Source: an uncultured Desulfospira sp. (GTDB lineage: Bacteria; Desulfobacterota; Desulfobacteria; Desulfobacterales; Desulfobacteraceae). Taken from it: 64,000 bases of DNA. Location of the stretch: the NCBI GenBank assembly GCA_963663165.1, contig OY760175.1, positions 6,080,001 to 6,144,000 on the forward strand, written 5' to 3'. Below the pieces are notes generated by a model, which made no database searches, was not told where the DNA came from, and saw only the letters and a list, made by a program, of their open reading frames with translations. Of the stretch, positions 40,130 to 49,230 are shown piece after piece (the first letter of the stretch is position 1; every line of letters begins with the position of its first letter). The translations under genes were made by a program, and so were the position numbers.

Positions 40130-41033
40130 CGAACAACACCCGGCGCATCAATTCCTTGTGGATACTTAGATATACTTTTGTGGAATCAATGATGGAATGC
40201 CCCATCATTTCTTTGATTTCAAAAATGCCGGCACCTGCTTCCAGCATGTTTTGTGCAAAGGTGTGGCGCAGCCAATATCCTGTACCGGGAAGACCGGCAG
40301 CCCGCAACGCCTTTGTTAAATCGTGCCTGGTGAGCCAGGCACTTACAGCTCTGTAAGGTGGGCAATGGCTGGTTAAAAAAAGAGAGCGAGACTGACTTTT
40401 AGGCCTGCCTCCAACGATATAAGCGGTGATTGCTTTGATAACTTCATCGGGAATGGGCAATTGAAGGGGCTTTGCATTTTTTGTGTTTTCCAGGTTTAGC
40501 AGTCCTTTGGCAAAACAGATATCGTCCAGAGTAAGGCGGCTGATTTCAATGGGGCGCAATCCAAGATAATAAGCCAGGTGAACCTGTGCATAGACACGAA
40601 GCTCTTTGGATGTTGCACAGGGCAAATGATCAAATAACTGACGGACTTCACCGGGTCTTAAAAATTTAGGAGGCTTGACTTGAGCAAACATTGGCGGACC
40701 GGTCACAAGCGGGGCTAAATTCTGTTGGATCAAATGCCGTTCATTATACAGGTAGTGCAAAAAGCCTCGAAAACAGGAACGGTATACCCCCTGGGTACTC
40801 TTTGCATATGGGGCATTGAACCTTGCCAGAAAATCATCAACATGCCCTATGTTTATATTGACCAGTGAGACTCCCGATGTTTGCAGATAACTGTCAAACG
40901 CTTTGATAATTTTGGTCCTGCAACAGGTTTGAGAAGGAGAGCTTTCCTTGATTTTAAGCATATGGTCCAGATAATCCCGGCGGATCTGATCCAGATCATA
41001 ACCGGGCGGACTTTTGGGTGTCTGCTCAACCAT
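40116..41033 (-). CDS. Tyrosine recombinase (RitA-like, short)
   Basis: LGLRPIE, YWLRHTFA (first His replaced by Tyr), MGHS, TKVY. Confidence 0.85.
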   Translation of the reverse strand: MVEQTPKSPPGYDLDQIRRDYLDHMLKIKESSPSQTCCRTKIIKAFDSYLQTSGVSLVNINIGHVDDFLARFNAPYAKSTQGVYRSCFRGFLHYLYNERHLIQQNLAPLVTGPPMFAQVKPPKFLRPGEVRQLFDHLPCATSKELRVYAQVHLAYYLGLRPIEISRLTLDDICFAKGLLNLENTKNAKPLQLPIPDEVIKAITAYIVGGRPKSQSRSLFLTSHCPPYRAVSAWLTRHDLTKALRAAGLPGTGYWLRHTFAQNMLEAGAGIFEIKEMMGHSIIDSTKVYLSIHKELMRRVLFDETV

Positions 41034-41466
41034 GATCGGCCTCCATAACCAGTTTGCTCAAAATTTTTCCAACTGATTCAGGTTGACGGCTGTTCAGGGA
41101 AGATTTTTTTTGTACAGCAGATTGTATAAGGTTGGCCGGTAAGGAAAGCACCTGGTAAATGGTGCCGTCAAAGGCAATCAGATCATTTTCCATCAATCCA
41201 TCCCGAGCTTCAATGTACTGGTCCAGTTGCATTTTTAGCAGGGTGCATATTTTATCATAACTGTAAAAACTTAATCCGTTGCGGTCACCGGCCAGAACCA
41301 GGAAAAAATACAATAACAACTCGTCCCGGCTTAATGCTCGCAAAAATCCACCCGTAAGAAACCGATGGGGGATAAAACTAAATCCTCCTTTGATACAACG
41401 CACCCTTGAAGGGTTCAGGATTTCTTTTTTTACCATGCCGCGCCTCCAGTTTTTACGTTTATCCAT
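41026..41466 (-). CDS. Winged-HTH-like mobile-element protein
   Basis: GFSFIPHRFL..LLLYFFLVLAGDRNGLSFYSYDKIC; overlaps both neighbours; alternative start 41436. Confidence 0.7.
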   Translation of the reverse strand: MDKRKNWRRGMVKKEILNPSRVRCIKGGFSFIPHRFLTGGFLRALSRDELLLYFFLVLAGDRNGLSFYSYDKICTLLKMQLDQYIEARDGLMENDLIAFDGTIYQVLSLPANLIQSAVQKKSSLNSRQPESVGKILSKLVMEADHG

Positions 41467-41845
41467 ATCCCCGCCGGGGAAATTGTGTGACGACTTGACC
41501 TGAAGAGCCGCAGAACTGACAATATGGTTTGATTGGAAGGCCCTGAATCTGAAACAAAATCCACAATATTATTGTCCTACACCAAGCAGGCAGCACTGTG
41601 GAAGCTGTATCATCCATGTTTTTTGTCTCTTGAATTTTTTTTCGATGCCGACGCCGGTTCTCGGCTTCCCGATGCCGTCTTTTCCCCTTCTCGGTCTGGC
41701 GGTATCGTCGCTGTGCTTCTCTTTTGTTTCTGAGGATTCCGGCCTTACGGCAGTCCCTGCAACAATAGGCCTGCCCTCTCCAGCAGAACCTGCAAACAAA
41801 AAATACGAAATGGCACCATCGGCATGTATTTGGAATTAAAAGCAT
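41459..41845 (-). CDS. Cys-rich, basic zinc-finger-like protein
   Basis: CRWC..CRFC.RGQAYCCRDCR..AQRRYRQ..GKRRH, plus C-terminal CQFCG. Confidence 0.7.
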   Translation of the reverse strand: MLLIPNTCRWCHFVFFVCRFCWRGQAYCCRDCRKAGILRNKREAQRRYRQTEKGKRRHREAENRRRHRKKIQETKNMDDTASTVLPAWCRTIILWILFQIQGLPIKPYCQFCGSSGQVVTQFPRRGYG

Positions 41846-41940
41846 TTTAGATTTTTCCGGTATTGCAGATAACCGGAAAATGATATAGAAATATAACTGT
41901 GTGTGTGGGCTTCTCCGGCTATCGACGGGAGTTCACAATC

Positions 41941-41970
41941 AAAGCCCGGAGGGGCTACTCCGGGCTTTTT
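41941..41970 (+). terminator. Intrinsic terminator hairpin
   Basis: AAAGCCCGGAG-gggcta-CTCCGGGCTTTTT. Confidence 0.7.
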
Positions 41971-42232
41971 CTATGCATATGATTTGGAATTATACGAATA
42001 AAATGAAAGATTTGAAAAATCTTTTTGAATAAAAATGAATAAAACTCACAACATAATCAAACACGCTACATAATTGGAGATTATCCTTATTTTCAATTCC
42101 GGAAGGGTGCAATCCCATTTAGTGGCATGAACTGACATGTATCCAATTTTTCCGTTTTTCATGCTGCATTGAATACTCTGCCCTCCCAAAAAAAGCTGGA
42201 CTCCTGGCTCATGAAAGGTTATATAGATTTGC

Positions 42233-43105
42233 ATGAGCAGGACTTTAACCATTCAAGGACGTGAATTTTCAGAAGTTGATATACAAACGATACGCCATTT
42301 GATTAACGACAATCCCGCCTGGCACCGCACTCGTTTATCCAAAGAATTGTGTGCTCGCTGGGATTGGCGCACGGAAAAAGGTCTGCTCAAGGACATGGCC
42401 TGTCGAAGCATGCTGAGAAAACTTGAGCAAAAAGGGATGGTCACACTTCCCGTTGCCCGTCATAGCGGTAACCGTCAGCGGCGTATTCCCGATGTCCCCC
42501 ATGATTGTAAGCCGATAGAAACCACTTTGCGTAAGATCCGCCCGATACAATTGATACCGGTATCGGGCCGTGGAGATATTGATGATTTATTCCATTGCCT
42601 TATGGATCGACATCATTACCTTGGGTGTAAAGGGTATGTCGGAGAACATATGAAGTATATGGCTTTTGATCGCAATTCTCGTCCGGTTGCCTGCCTGCTT
42701 TTTGGCTCAGCAGCATGGAAAACGGCCCCTCGTGACCGATTCATCGGTTGGGATAGGTCGGCTCGTCGCAGGAACCTGCATATGACGACCAACAATACCC
42801 GATTTTTGATTTTGCCATGGATTCGAATTCCCCATCTTGCCAGTCATATTCTGGGTTCATGTCTTAGGCGGCTGAGCCGGGACTGGACAGCTAAATATGG
42901 TCACGATATCTGTCTGGTAGAAACTTTCGTGGATCGATCACGCTTTGCCGGAACTTGCTACCAGGCGGCAAATTGGCAAAAAATTGGTCAAAGCAAAGGG
43001 CGAAGCCGTCAAGACAGGCACCACAGACTTCAGGTGCCGATAAAAGACATCTATGTATACCCGTTGACTTCCAATTATAAAAAGCAGCTATGCACACAAA
43101 CTTGA
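42233..43105 (+). CDS. DUF4338 / DruA-like protein (IS passenger)
   Basis: HHYLG, RDRFIGW, TNNTRFLILPW, LASHIL, VETFVD, GTCYQAANW. Confidence 0.88.
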   Translation: MSRTLTIQGREFSEVDIQTIRHLINDNPAWHRTRLSKELCARWDWRTEKGLLKDMACRSMLRKLEQKGMVTLPVARHSGNRQRRIPDVPHDCKPIETTLRKIRPIQLIPVSGRGDIDDLFHCLMDRHHYLGCKGYVGEHMKYMAFDRNSRPVACLLFGSAAWKTAPRDRFIGWDRSARRRNLHMTTNNTRFLILPWIRIPHLASHILGSCLRRLSRDWTAKYGHDICLVETFVDRSRFAGTCYQAANWQKIGQSKGRSRQDRHHRLQVPIKDIYVYPLTSNYKKQLCTQT

Positions 43106-43162
43106 GGGTTTCAGTCATCGAAATGACAGGTAATTTTTCAACCTGCAATTCGAGGACTGATC

Positions 43163-44563
43163 ATGAAACTTGCTTCCACTATAAGGGATATTCGAACCCT
43201 TCTAACAAAAGCCGTAGCTGATTTCCAAAACCATCAAAATGCTAATATCCTGTGTGAGCAGGTACGGAACGGCCTCTTCATTATTGTGGAAGCATTTCTG
43301 GTTCCCGTCATTGAAAAGGCACTGTCTGACCCGGATCTTTTATCTGAACTGAAAATTGGTGCCGGTAAAAAGGGACTGCGTTTCAACGGATACCGCCCCA
43401 GCAGCATTCGATTATTGACAGGAACTACCCTGAGCATCCGATCCCCTTACTTTTCAAAAGTTGTTTCCAAACAACGGCCAGGCCCTAAAACAAAAAAACG
43501 ACAAAAGGGGACAGGCCGCCATTTTGGGCTTGATTACCTTGGTTTTATCGGCAGGTGTTCAACGCTGTTCGCTTCGTCGGTGGTCCATGCAGCATTGCTC
43601 TGCCCCTCTTTTGAAATTGCCCGAAGATCCCTGGAAAACCATGCAATCAACTTAAATGTCAAAACCATACGCCGCATAACAATGAATCTTGCACAGGAAG
43701 CTATGCCCCTGCGTGGCCGGGTATCTTTTGGAGATACTGATCGCGTTGGTGGCAAAACGGTTCTGGTTTGTATCGACGGCGGTCGCCTTCGAGAACGGAG
43801 GCCAAAACGGGGACGTAAATCAAAAGGCCAAAAGCGGCAGGGATATCATACTGAATGGAAAGAACCCATTCAGTTTGTCATACATATTGTCGATCCGGAC
43901 GGCACAATATCCAAAAAACACTTGCCGGTTTATGATGCCACAATGGGCGGTATTGATGCCGCTTTTGATATTCTTGAGATCTACTTGCGTGAATTAGATA
44001 TTCCCAAAGCCAAGCGTGTTGTTTTCTGCTGTGACGGTGCACGTAGCTATTGGAAGCGAACAGGCCCGCTGGCCAAACGGCTTGAAATCGAATCCTATTA
44101 TGAGGTAATCGACTACACCCATGCAAAACAGAATTTACATGAAATCGTGGACAAATTGCCAAAGAGAATCCCTATAAAAGAAAGAAACCGGATAGCAGAA
44201 TCTTGGAAGAACCTCCTTTGGGATGGCAGATTCAAAGACCTTAGAAAAGAAATTGTAAAACACATTACGTACCCTAAAAGGCGCATAGAAGCACTATCCA
44301 AATTTAAAAGTTACTTCGTGAAAAATCGAAACAGAATGCAGTATCGCCAGTTCCGCAGCCTGAAAATACCTACTGGCAGCGGCTGTGTTGAAAGTGCAAT
44401 ACGTCGGGTTATAAATCTCAGAATGAAATCACCGGGTATATTCTGGAAACCGGAAACATCCGAATCAATGTTGTTCTTAAGGAGTCAGCTCCTTTCCGGG
44501 AGGTGGAACATCTTGACTGACAATATCTTCATACAAATTCGGTCACTTTGCTTAGGCCACTAA
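43163..44563 (+). CDS. DDE transposase, ISKra4/ISLre2-like
   Basis: CIDGG, WKE, CDGA, IDYTHA, NRNRMQY, TGSGCVESAIRRVINLRMK..G..W. Confidence 0.85.
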   Translation: MKLASTIRDIRTLLTKAVADFQNHQNANILCEQVRNGLFIIVEAFLVPVIEKALSDPDLLSELKIGAGKKGLRFNGYRPSSIRLLTGTTLSIRSPYFSKVVSKQRPGPKTKKRQKGTGRHFGLDYLGFIGRCSTLFASSVVHAALLCPSFEIARRSLENHAINLNVKTIRRITMNLAQEAMPLRGRVSFGDTDRVGGKTVLVCIDGGRLRERRPKRGRKSKGQKRQGYHTEWKEPIQFVIHIVDPDGTISKKHLPVYDATMGGIDAAFDILEIYLRELDIPKAKRVVFCCDGARSYWKRTGPLAKRLEIESYYEVIDYTHAKQNLHEIVDKLPKRIPIKERNRIAESWKNLLWDGRFKDLRKEIVKHITYPKRRIEALSKFKSYFVKNRNRMQYRQFRSLKIPTGSGCVESAIRRVINLRMKSPGIFWKPETSESMLFLRSQLLSGRWNILTDNIFIQIRSLCLGH

Positions 44564-44923
44564 ATGGGAATGCACCCATTCCGGAATAGATGGCTTTCTT
44601 TTACAGGCGATTGCCCTGACCATGTCCACTAGGTCCACAAGGGGAACAAAAGCCAACAGTCATGATGGATTCTTCTCATGGGGCCCAGACCTTTGACTCG
44701 AAATCGCTATCGACCTCAAGAACCGTTCGATAGCGATCCCGATCGCGACAGTGAGGGGAGTCCCCGATATTTTTAATGGTATAGATTGATCAAGCGGTAA
44801 TTGTTTGACGTTCGCCTGTCCTACCGACCCGGCACAGGTTCACCACACAGAAAAAATACGGGTTCGAACCCACCGCCCGGGGATTCGAACCCGTCCGTAC
44901 TTGTTAAAAAAATCTAAAAGGGT

Positions 44924-45310
44924 TTATATTTTAAAATCCTTTCCCATGCATATCAGGCCCACGCATCGCCAATCCTTGGGATGGGCTGTGTGCCCGGGCA
45001 AAATTTTATGTTCCAGGACCCCGGCATTCATTTTTTCATAAACCAGGAAACATTTGTCTTCAATGGGCCGGATATTTTTCCCGGAAACCAGCAACGCGGA
45101 TGTGCCTGAAAAATTTTTTCTTAACAGCTTCCCCTTTCTTGAGAACTCCTTGTAACTGCCGTTGCCGTTTTGAATGTACTTATGCCCTGTCTTCACATCA
45201 ACATAGCTTAAGGCCGTTGCCCGAAGGGTTTCTTCCTGGCCGGCCCATGAACTGAAAGCCGGGATAATAACCAGTGCTACAATGATCATTCGGATAAGCT
45301 TTGCCATCAT
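44924..45310 (-). CDS. Secreted hypothetical protein
   Basis: Signal peptide ending ..SSWA; RBS AGGAG. Confidence 0.65.
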   Translation of the reverse strand: MMAKLIRMIIVALVIIPAFSSWAGQEETLRATALSYVDVKTGHKYIQNGNGSYKEFSRKGKLLRKNFSGTSALLVSGKNIRPIEDKCFLVYEKMNAGVLEHKILPGHTAHPKDWRCVGLICMGKDFKI

Positions 45311-45431
45311 TTTTCTCCTTTGTTTTTGAAAGAACCTTTAATCGCCGTAAATTCTTTCATTGTCTGTTGCGGGCAGATCCTGGTTTAACCACCAGGCCGG
45401 CCCGGATTCGGCCCTTCAGGGAACGGCCGTT

Positions 45432-46184
45432 TTACGAATTTATGTTCTGCCCAATTTTTATTTCGCCGGATTCCAAAGCCTTGTAATATGATTTGAGCAA
45501 GCGGACATCCATGGGAACGGTAAATACCCGGACCCCTATGAAACCAGGCTTGAGATGATATCTATAAAGGGCGCCTTCCCGGAAAACGACGATATCGGCG
45601 GATGTTCCAATGCTGTCTTTTTTAACCTGGGCGATCAGGGCTCTGGCATGAATGATTCTGCGGCCCTTATAGGTAATGATGATGTCATCGGGTTCAAGTC
45701 CGGCGTGCTCTGCCTGGGTCTCTTTCATTACGGAGCTGATCTCCACGGCGGTCCCTTTAAATCGCAAAGGAACCGTGGAATCTGAAACAACCGGGATTTC
45801 GGGCGCCGGATCCGGCCCCACTGGTGTTACCACCGGAAAAACAGCCACCCGGGTTAAGCGGTCCCGGTGAAAGGTGAACGCGCAGTTTTGTATGTGGGCG
45901 GTTTTGAGAAGTTTCTGGATAATATCGGGCACAGATCCTGAGCAGGACAGGGAAACCCGTTTTTCCATTTGATCATCAAATCCAGTGAACGTAACGGCAA
46001 ACCGGCTTTTTAATTCAAGCAGAACCTGGGCAAGACAGGCATTGTCTGCCTTAAGGCGAACTGCCGGGGCTTTTCCGGATAACGAAACCCCATTTGAAAG
46101 CACGGTGTTGGCTTCGGTGATGCGGCCGCCAAAGACCCCTGTTCCGATCAGGGCAAATAAAAGAATACATTTAGATGAATTCAT
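45432..46184 (-). CDS. Secreted protein with C-terminal PDZ domain
   Basis: Signal peptide; VEISSV..TQAEHAGLEPDDIIITYKG..VFREG. Confidence 0.75.
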   Translation of the reverse strand: MNSSKCILLFALIGTGVFGGRITEANTVLSNGVSLSGKAPAVRLKADNACLAQVLLELKSRFAVTFTGFDDQMEKRVSLSCSGSVPDIIQKLLKTAHIQNCAFTFHRDRLTRVAVFPVVTPVGPDPAPEIPVVSDSTVPLRFKGTAVEISSVMKETQAEHAGLEPDDIIITYKGRRIIHARALIAQVKKDSIGTSADIVVFREGALYRYHLKPGFIGVRVFTVPMDVRLLKSYYKALESGEIKIGQNINS

Positions 46185-46428
46185 TTTTCCCTCCTGGTGT
46201 CGTCATTTACAAACATAGACGGGAGGGCTCAGGATTTCTTACAAACCAGGCCGGTTTTTTCTCAAAGGGTATATATCTGTTGCTGGAATTTTAAAGCGGC
46301 CGGGTGCTGGAAGGCCCGGGCGTGAAGAATTGGACCAACCGCTTAAAGAAAAACCGGCTGGCGTCTTATGGCGGAAAGGGTGCTGCTGGGTTTAAATCCG
46401 GACTGGCATACGGCAGCTGATCTAAAAT

Positions 46429-48149
46429 TTAAACAGGCCGTTGAAAGGCCTTAAGATCCTGCCGGTCCAGTTTCTGAAGTTCGCTTTTGGCATAGGCATA
46501 TCCTGCCTGAATAATGGCCTCCATGCTTTTGAACTCAAAAAAGCCAAACTCATGCACCGGGGGGCAAAAATACAGGTCAGCCTCCTTTTTAACCTGTTCC
46601 TTTTTGTAAAGGCTGGCAAGCATGGTGGACCGGACAAGAATGTCCAGGATGGTGGGATCACCCGAAGTGTTGGCAAAGGGTGAAATTTTTTGTAATGCCG
46701 TACGCCACGGGGATATCACCTGAGGGGTTACGGCCATGTTGTCACTCAGGCTCACATCTACGGCGATGAGTTCCCCATGGTTTATTCGTTTCATGATATC
46801 CCCTGGCAGATTGTTCAAGACCGCACCATCCACCAGTAAATCTGAATCTTTAAGCCAGGGGCGGAAAATACCGGGCAAAGAGCCGCTGGCCCGTAACGCT
46901 TTCCACAAAAGACCGGTCTGGTGGATCAACGGACAGGCCTGGGTCAGGTTGCTGGACACACAAAAGAAATTAATGGGCAAATCTTCAATGGTTTGAGCGC
47001 CAAAAACGTTTCTGGAGTTTCTGTTCACCCGGTTCCCGCTTAACAGGGAATAAACAGGAAGCGTGTAATCGTTTAAAGGCCGGGTCTGGATCCAGGCGGC
47101 CCGGTTTTTTTCAATAATGGTGTTAATATCCCACCCCATGGCATACTGGGCCGAAATAATGGCCCCAAAACTGGTTCCCCCCACAATGTCAATGGGAATC
47201 CCGGCCTCCTGCATGGCCTGGATGACCCCAATATGGGCAAGCCCCTTTGCCCCTCCGCCGCCCAGCACCAGTCCCACGGCGCTGTCAGTGATAAACCGGG
47301 CCAGCCGTTCCATATCCCCCTTTTTTTCAGGGCAGATATGATGGTGCCGGCTTACTGTCCGGTTGGCAAGCCAGTCCCTGGTTTTTTCAGGACGCTGCCC
47401 GGTTTCATGAAAAAGAACCAGGGTCTGATCAACCAGGGCCTCTTTTTTGCGTTTATCCTGAAAAGCCAGTTCAATGGGACCAGGTTCGCAGGGCCCGCCT
47501 GCCGGGGCCACCCAGATAATATGATCGGCCCTGTTCATCACCCGACGGGTCCATGGGGAAAATTCAAGGTCTGTTTCAAAAAGAATAAACTGATGTATGG
47601 CCTCTTGTTTTTCAAGCCATGCATCCAGACTCAAAGACCGGGGATCGGTCCGGCCGGCTTCGGAGATCCCCCGGGCACCGAGCAGGTCATCTACTCTTGG
47701 GCTTGAAAGATGAAGCACCGGGCCAAAGGGGTCTAAATATGCTGAAAGGCTTTTAACAAAGGAAGAAATGGGAAAAGGCGTTCCCGCCGGGGCTAGGCCA
47801 CCTTTTTAATCCGTCTGGCAGGTGTCGGGCATAAGCTTTGATTTTGAAGGCGTTTGATCAATACCTTCATCAGTCTTCGATTGACAATGGGGTACTTGTC
47901 CATGATGGTGAGAAAATCATTTTTTGTAAACCGGACCAGAAGGCTGTCCTGAATTGAAAATACCCCGGCTGAGCGGCATTCTTCTGAAATGACACCCATT
48001 TCCCCGATACAGTCTCCCCGGACAATTTTCCGCAAAAAGATTTTTCCGGGGATAAACACCTCAAGCCGTCCTTGTTTGACAATAAAAATGCGGTCTGCCG
48101 GATCTCCCTGGTTGAAAAGGATTTCCCCTTCTTTGAGGGTAATTTTCCT
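46429..48149 (-). pseudogene. cNMP-binding + patatin phospholipase (NTE-like), frameshifted and 5'-truncated
   Basis: cNMP domain (LKEGEILFNQGD..GEMGV..RSA) has no start codon; frame changes at ~47793-47797 (KKVA|APAGTPF); patatin GGGAKG, GTSFG, DGA intact. Confidence 0.75.
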
Positions 48150-48334
48150 TTATGTACAAATAGTTACGTGATTTTTTTGCTCTATCTTGAAGGAAATTTA
48201 TTGTCAAGGAATTACTTTAGGGGATTTAAATTTTAATTGCCGCTTAACAATTGTAGAAAATTTAAAATTATGGTTATTATACCGCGGTATCATTCGAATT
48301 TTGCAGGAAAACTGATGGGCATTAAAAGGAACTG

Positions 48335-49072
48335 ATGATGGACTATGACAGCCTTCTTGAACTGGTACAAAAAAGACGAAGTATCCGCCGGTTTAAACCG
48401 GATGTGATCCCCGATGAACAGATTGAACAAATTATTGAAGTTGCCCGATGGGCACCCTCGGGATACAACATGCAGCCATGGGAATTCGTGGTTGTCAAAA
48501 AAAAGGAATTAAAAGATAAAATTGTCGAAAACATTAATTTTTATCTGTCCCAGATTCCTGAAATGGAAAAATGGCGTGAGCCCTGGCAGGGAAGGCCCTG
48601 GAAGGCAAGCGGCCTCATCAATGCGGAAGGGGATTATTCTGTGGCCCCGGTATTCATTATCCTTTACGGTGATCTGCGCACCCGGGCCGGCCTTCCCATG
48701 GGGGTCCGCTATGAAAAGCAGCGCCAGGATCTTATTTTTACATCCAGCCTTGCCAACGCGTTCATGTATATGCATCTTGCCGCAACCACCCTGGGCCTTG
48801 CCTCACAATGGATATCCGGTATTCAGAACGCCTATGCCAACATTGCCGTCAGGGGGCTGTTGGGCATTCCGCCTGAAATGGTCATATTTGATATGATGGC
48901 GCTGGGGCAGCCCGCATTGAAACCCAGTGAAAAATTTATGAGGGACCGTCGCGAGATCGTCCACTATGATGACTGCGGCACCGATGATTTCCGGTCTGAT
49001 GAGCAGGTCAGGGAATTTGTCAAAAAAGCCAGAAGCTGGAATATCGGGGTGCATCAACGGAAAAAAGGGTAG
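48335..49072 (+). CDS. Nitroreductase family protein
   Basis: RRSIRRF, ARWAPSGYNMQPWEF, LAATTLGLASQW. Confidence 0.9.
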   Translation: MMDYDSLLELVQKRRSIRRFKPDVIPDEQIEQIIEVARWAPSGYNMQPWEFVVVKKKELKDKIVENINFYLSQIPEMEKWREPWQGRPWKASGLINAEGDYSVAPVFIILYGDLRTRAGLPMGVRYEKQRQDLIFTSSLANAFMYMHLAATTLGLASQWISGIQNAYANIAVRGLLGIPPEMVIFDMMALGQPALKPSEKFMRDRREIVHYDDCGTDDFRSDEQVREFVKKARSWNIGVHQRKKG

Positions 49073-49230
49073 AAACGGAGACCGGAAGACGGGAGACTGG
49101 AAGAAAGGAGACCGGAGACCGGAAATGGCGAGTCCTTTGTTTTATTTTCATGCTCTTGCTCAAATTCGATAGAACAAGATTAAGAGCAAGAGCATGGGCA
49201 AGATGGGGGGGAGACGGCCAGCGGTTTAAT

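Larger units (their letters stand above)
37956..42073 (-). mobile_element. Extended RIT (recombinase-in-trio) element
   Basis: Three overlapping tyrosine recombinase genes; end motifs TTATGTTGCGAG (37956), inverted CTCACAACATAA (42045-42056) and CGCTACATAA (42064-42073); exact ends uncertain. Confidence 0.72.
42105..44577 (+). mobile_element. Complete IS (2473 bp): DUF4338 gene + ISKra4-like transposase
   Basis: 22-bp TIR GGGTGCA(A/T)TCCCATTTAGTGGC (21/22); 9-bp TSD ATTCCGGAA at 42096-42104 and 44578-44586. Confidence 0.9.

Noticed and set aside
19428..43105. Druantia defence system
   Set aside because: Only DUF4338 genes inside IS boundaries; no DruE helicase or other dru genes.
44851..44897. 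tRNA fragment or att site (GGTTCGAA motifs)
   Set aside because: No cloverleaf; the motifs form one hairpin with a T-run on the minus strand, fitting a terminator for 44924-45310.
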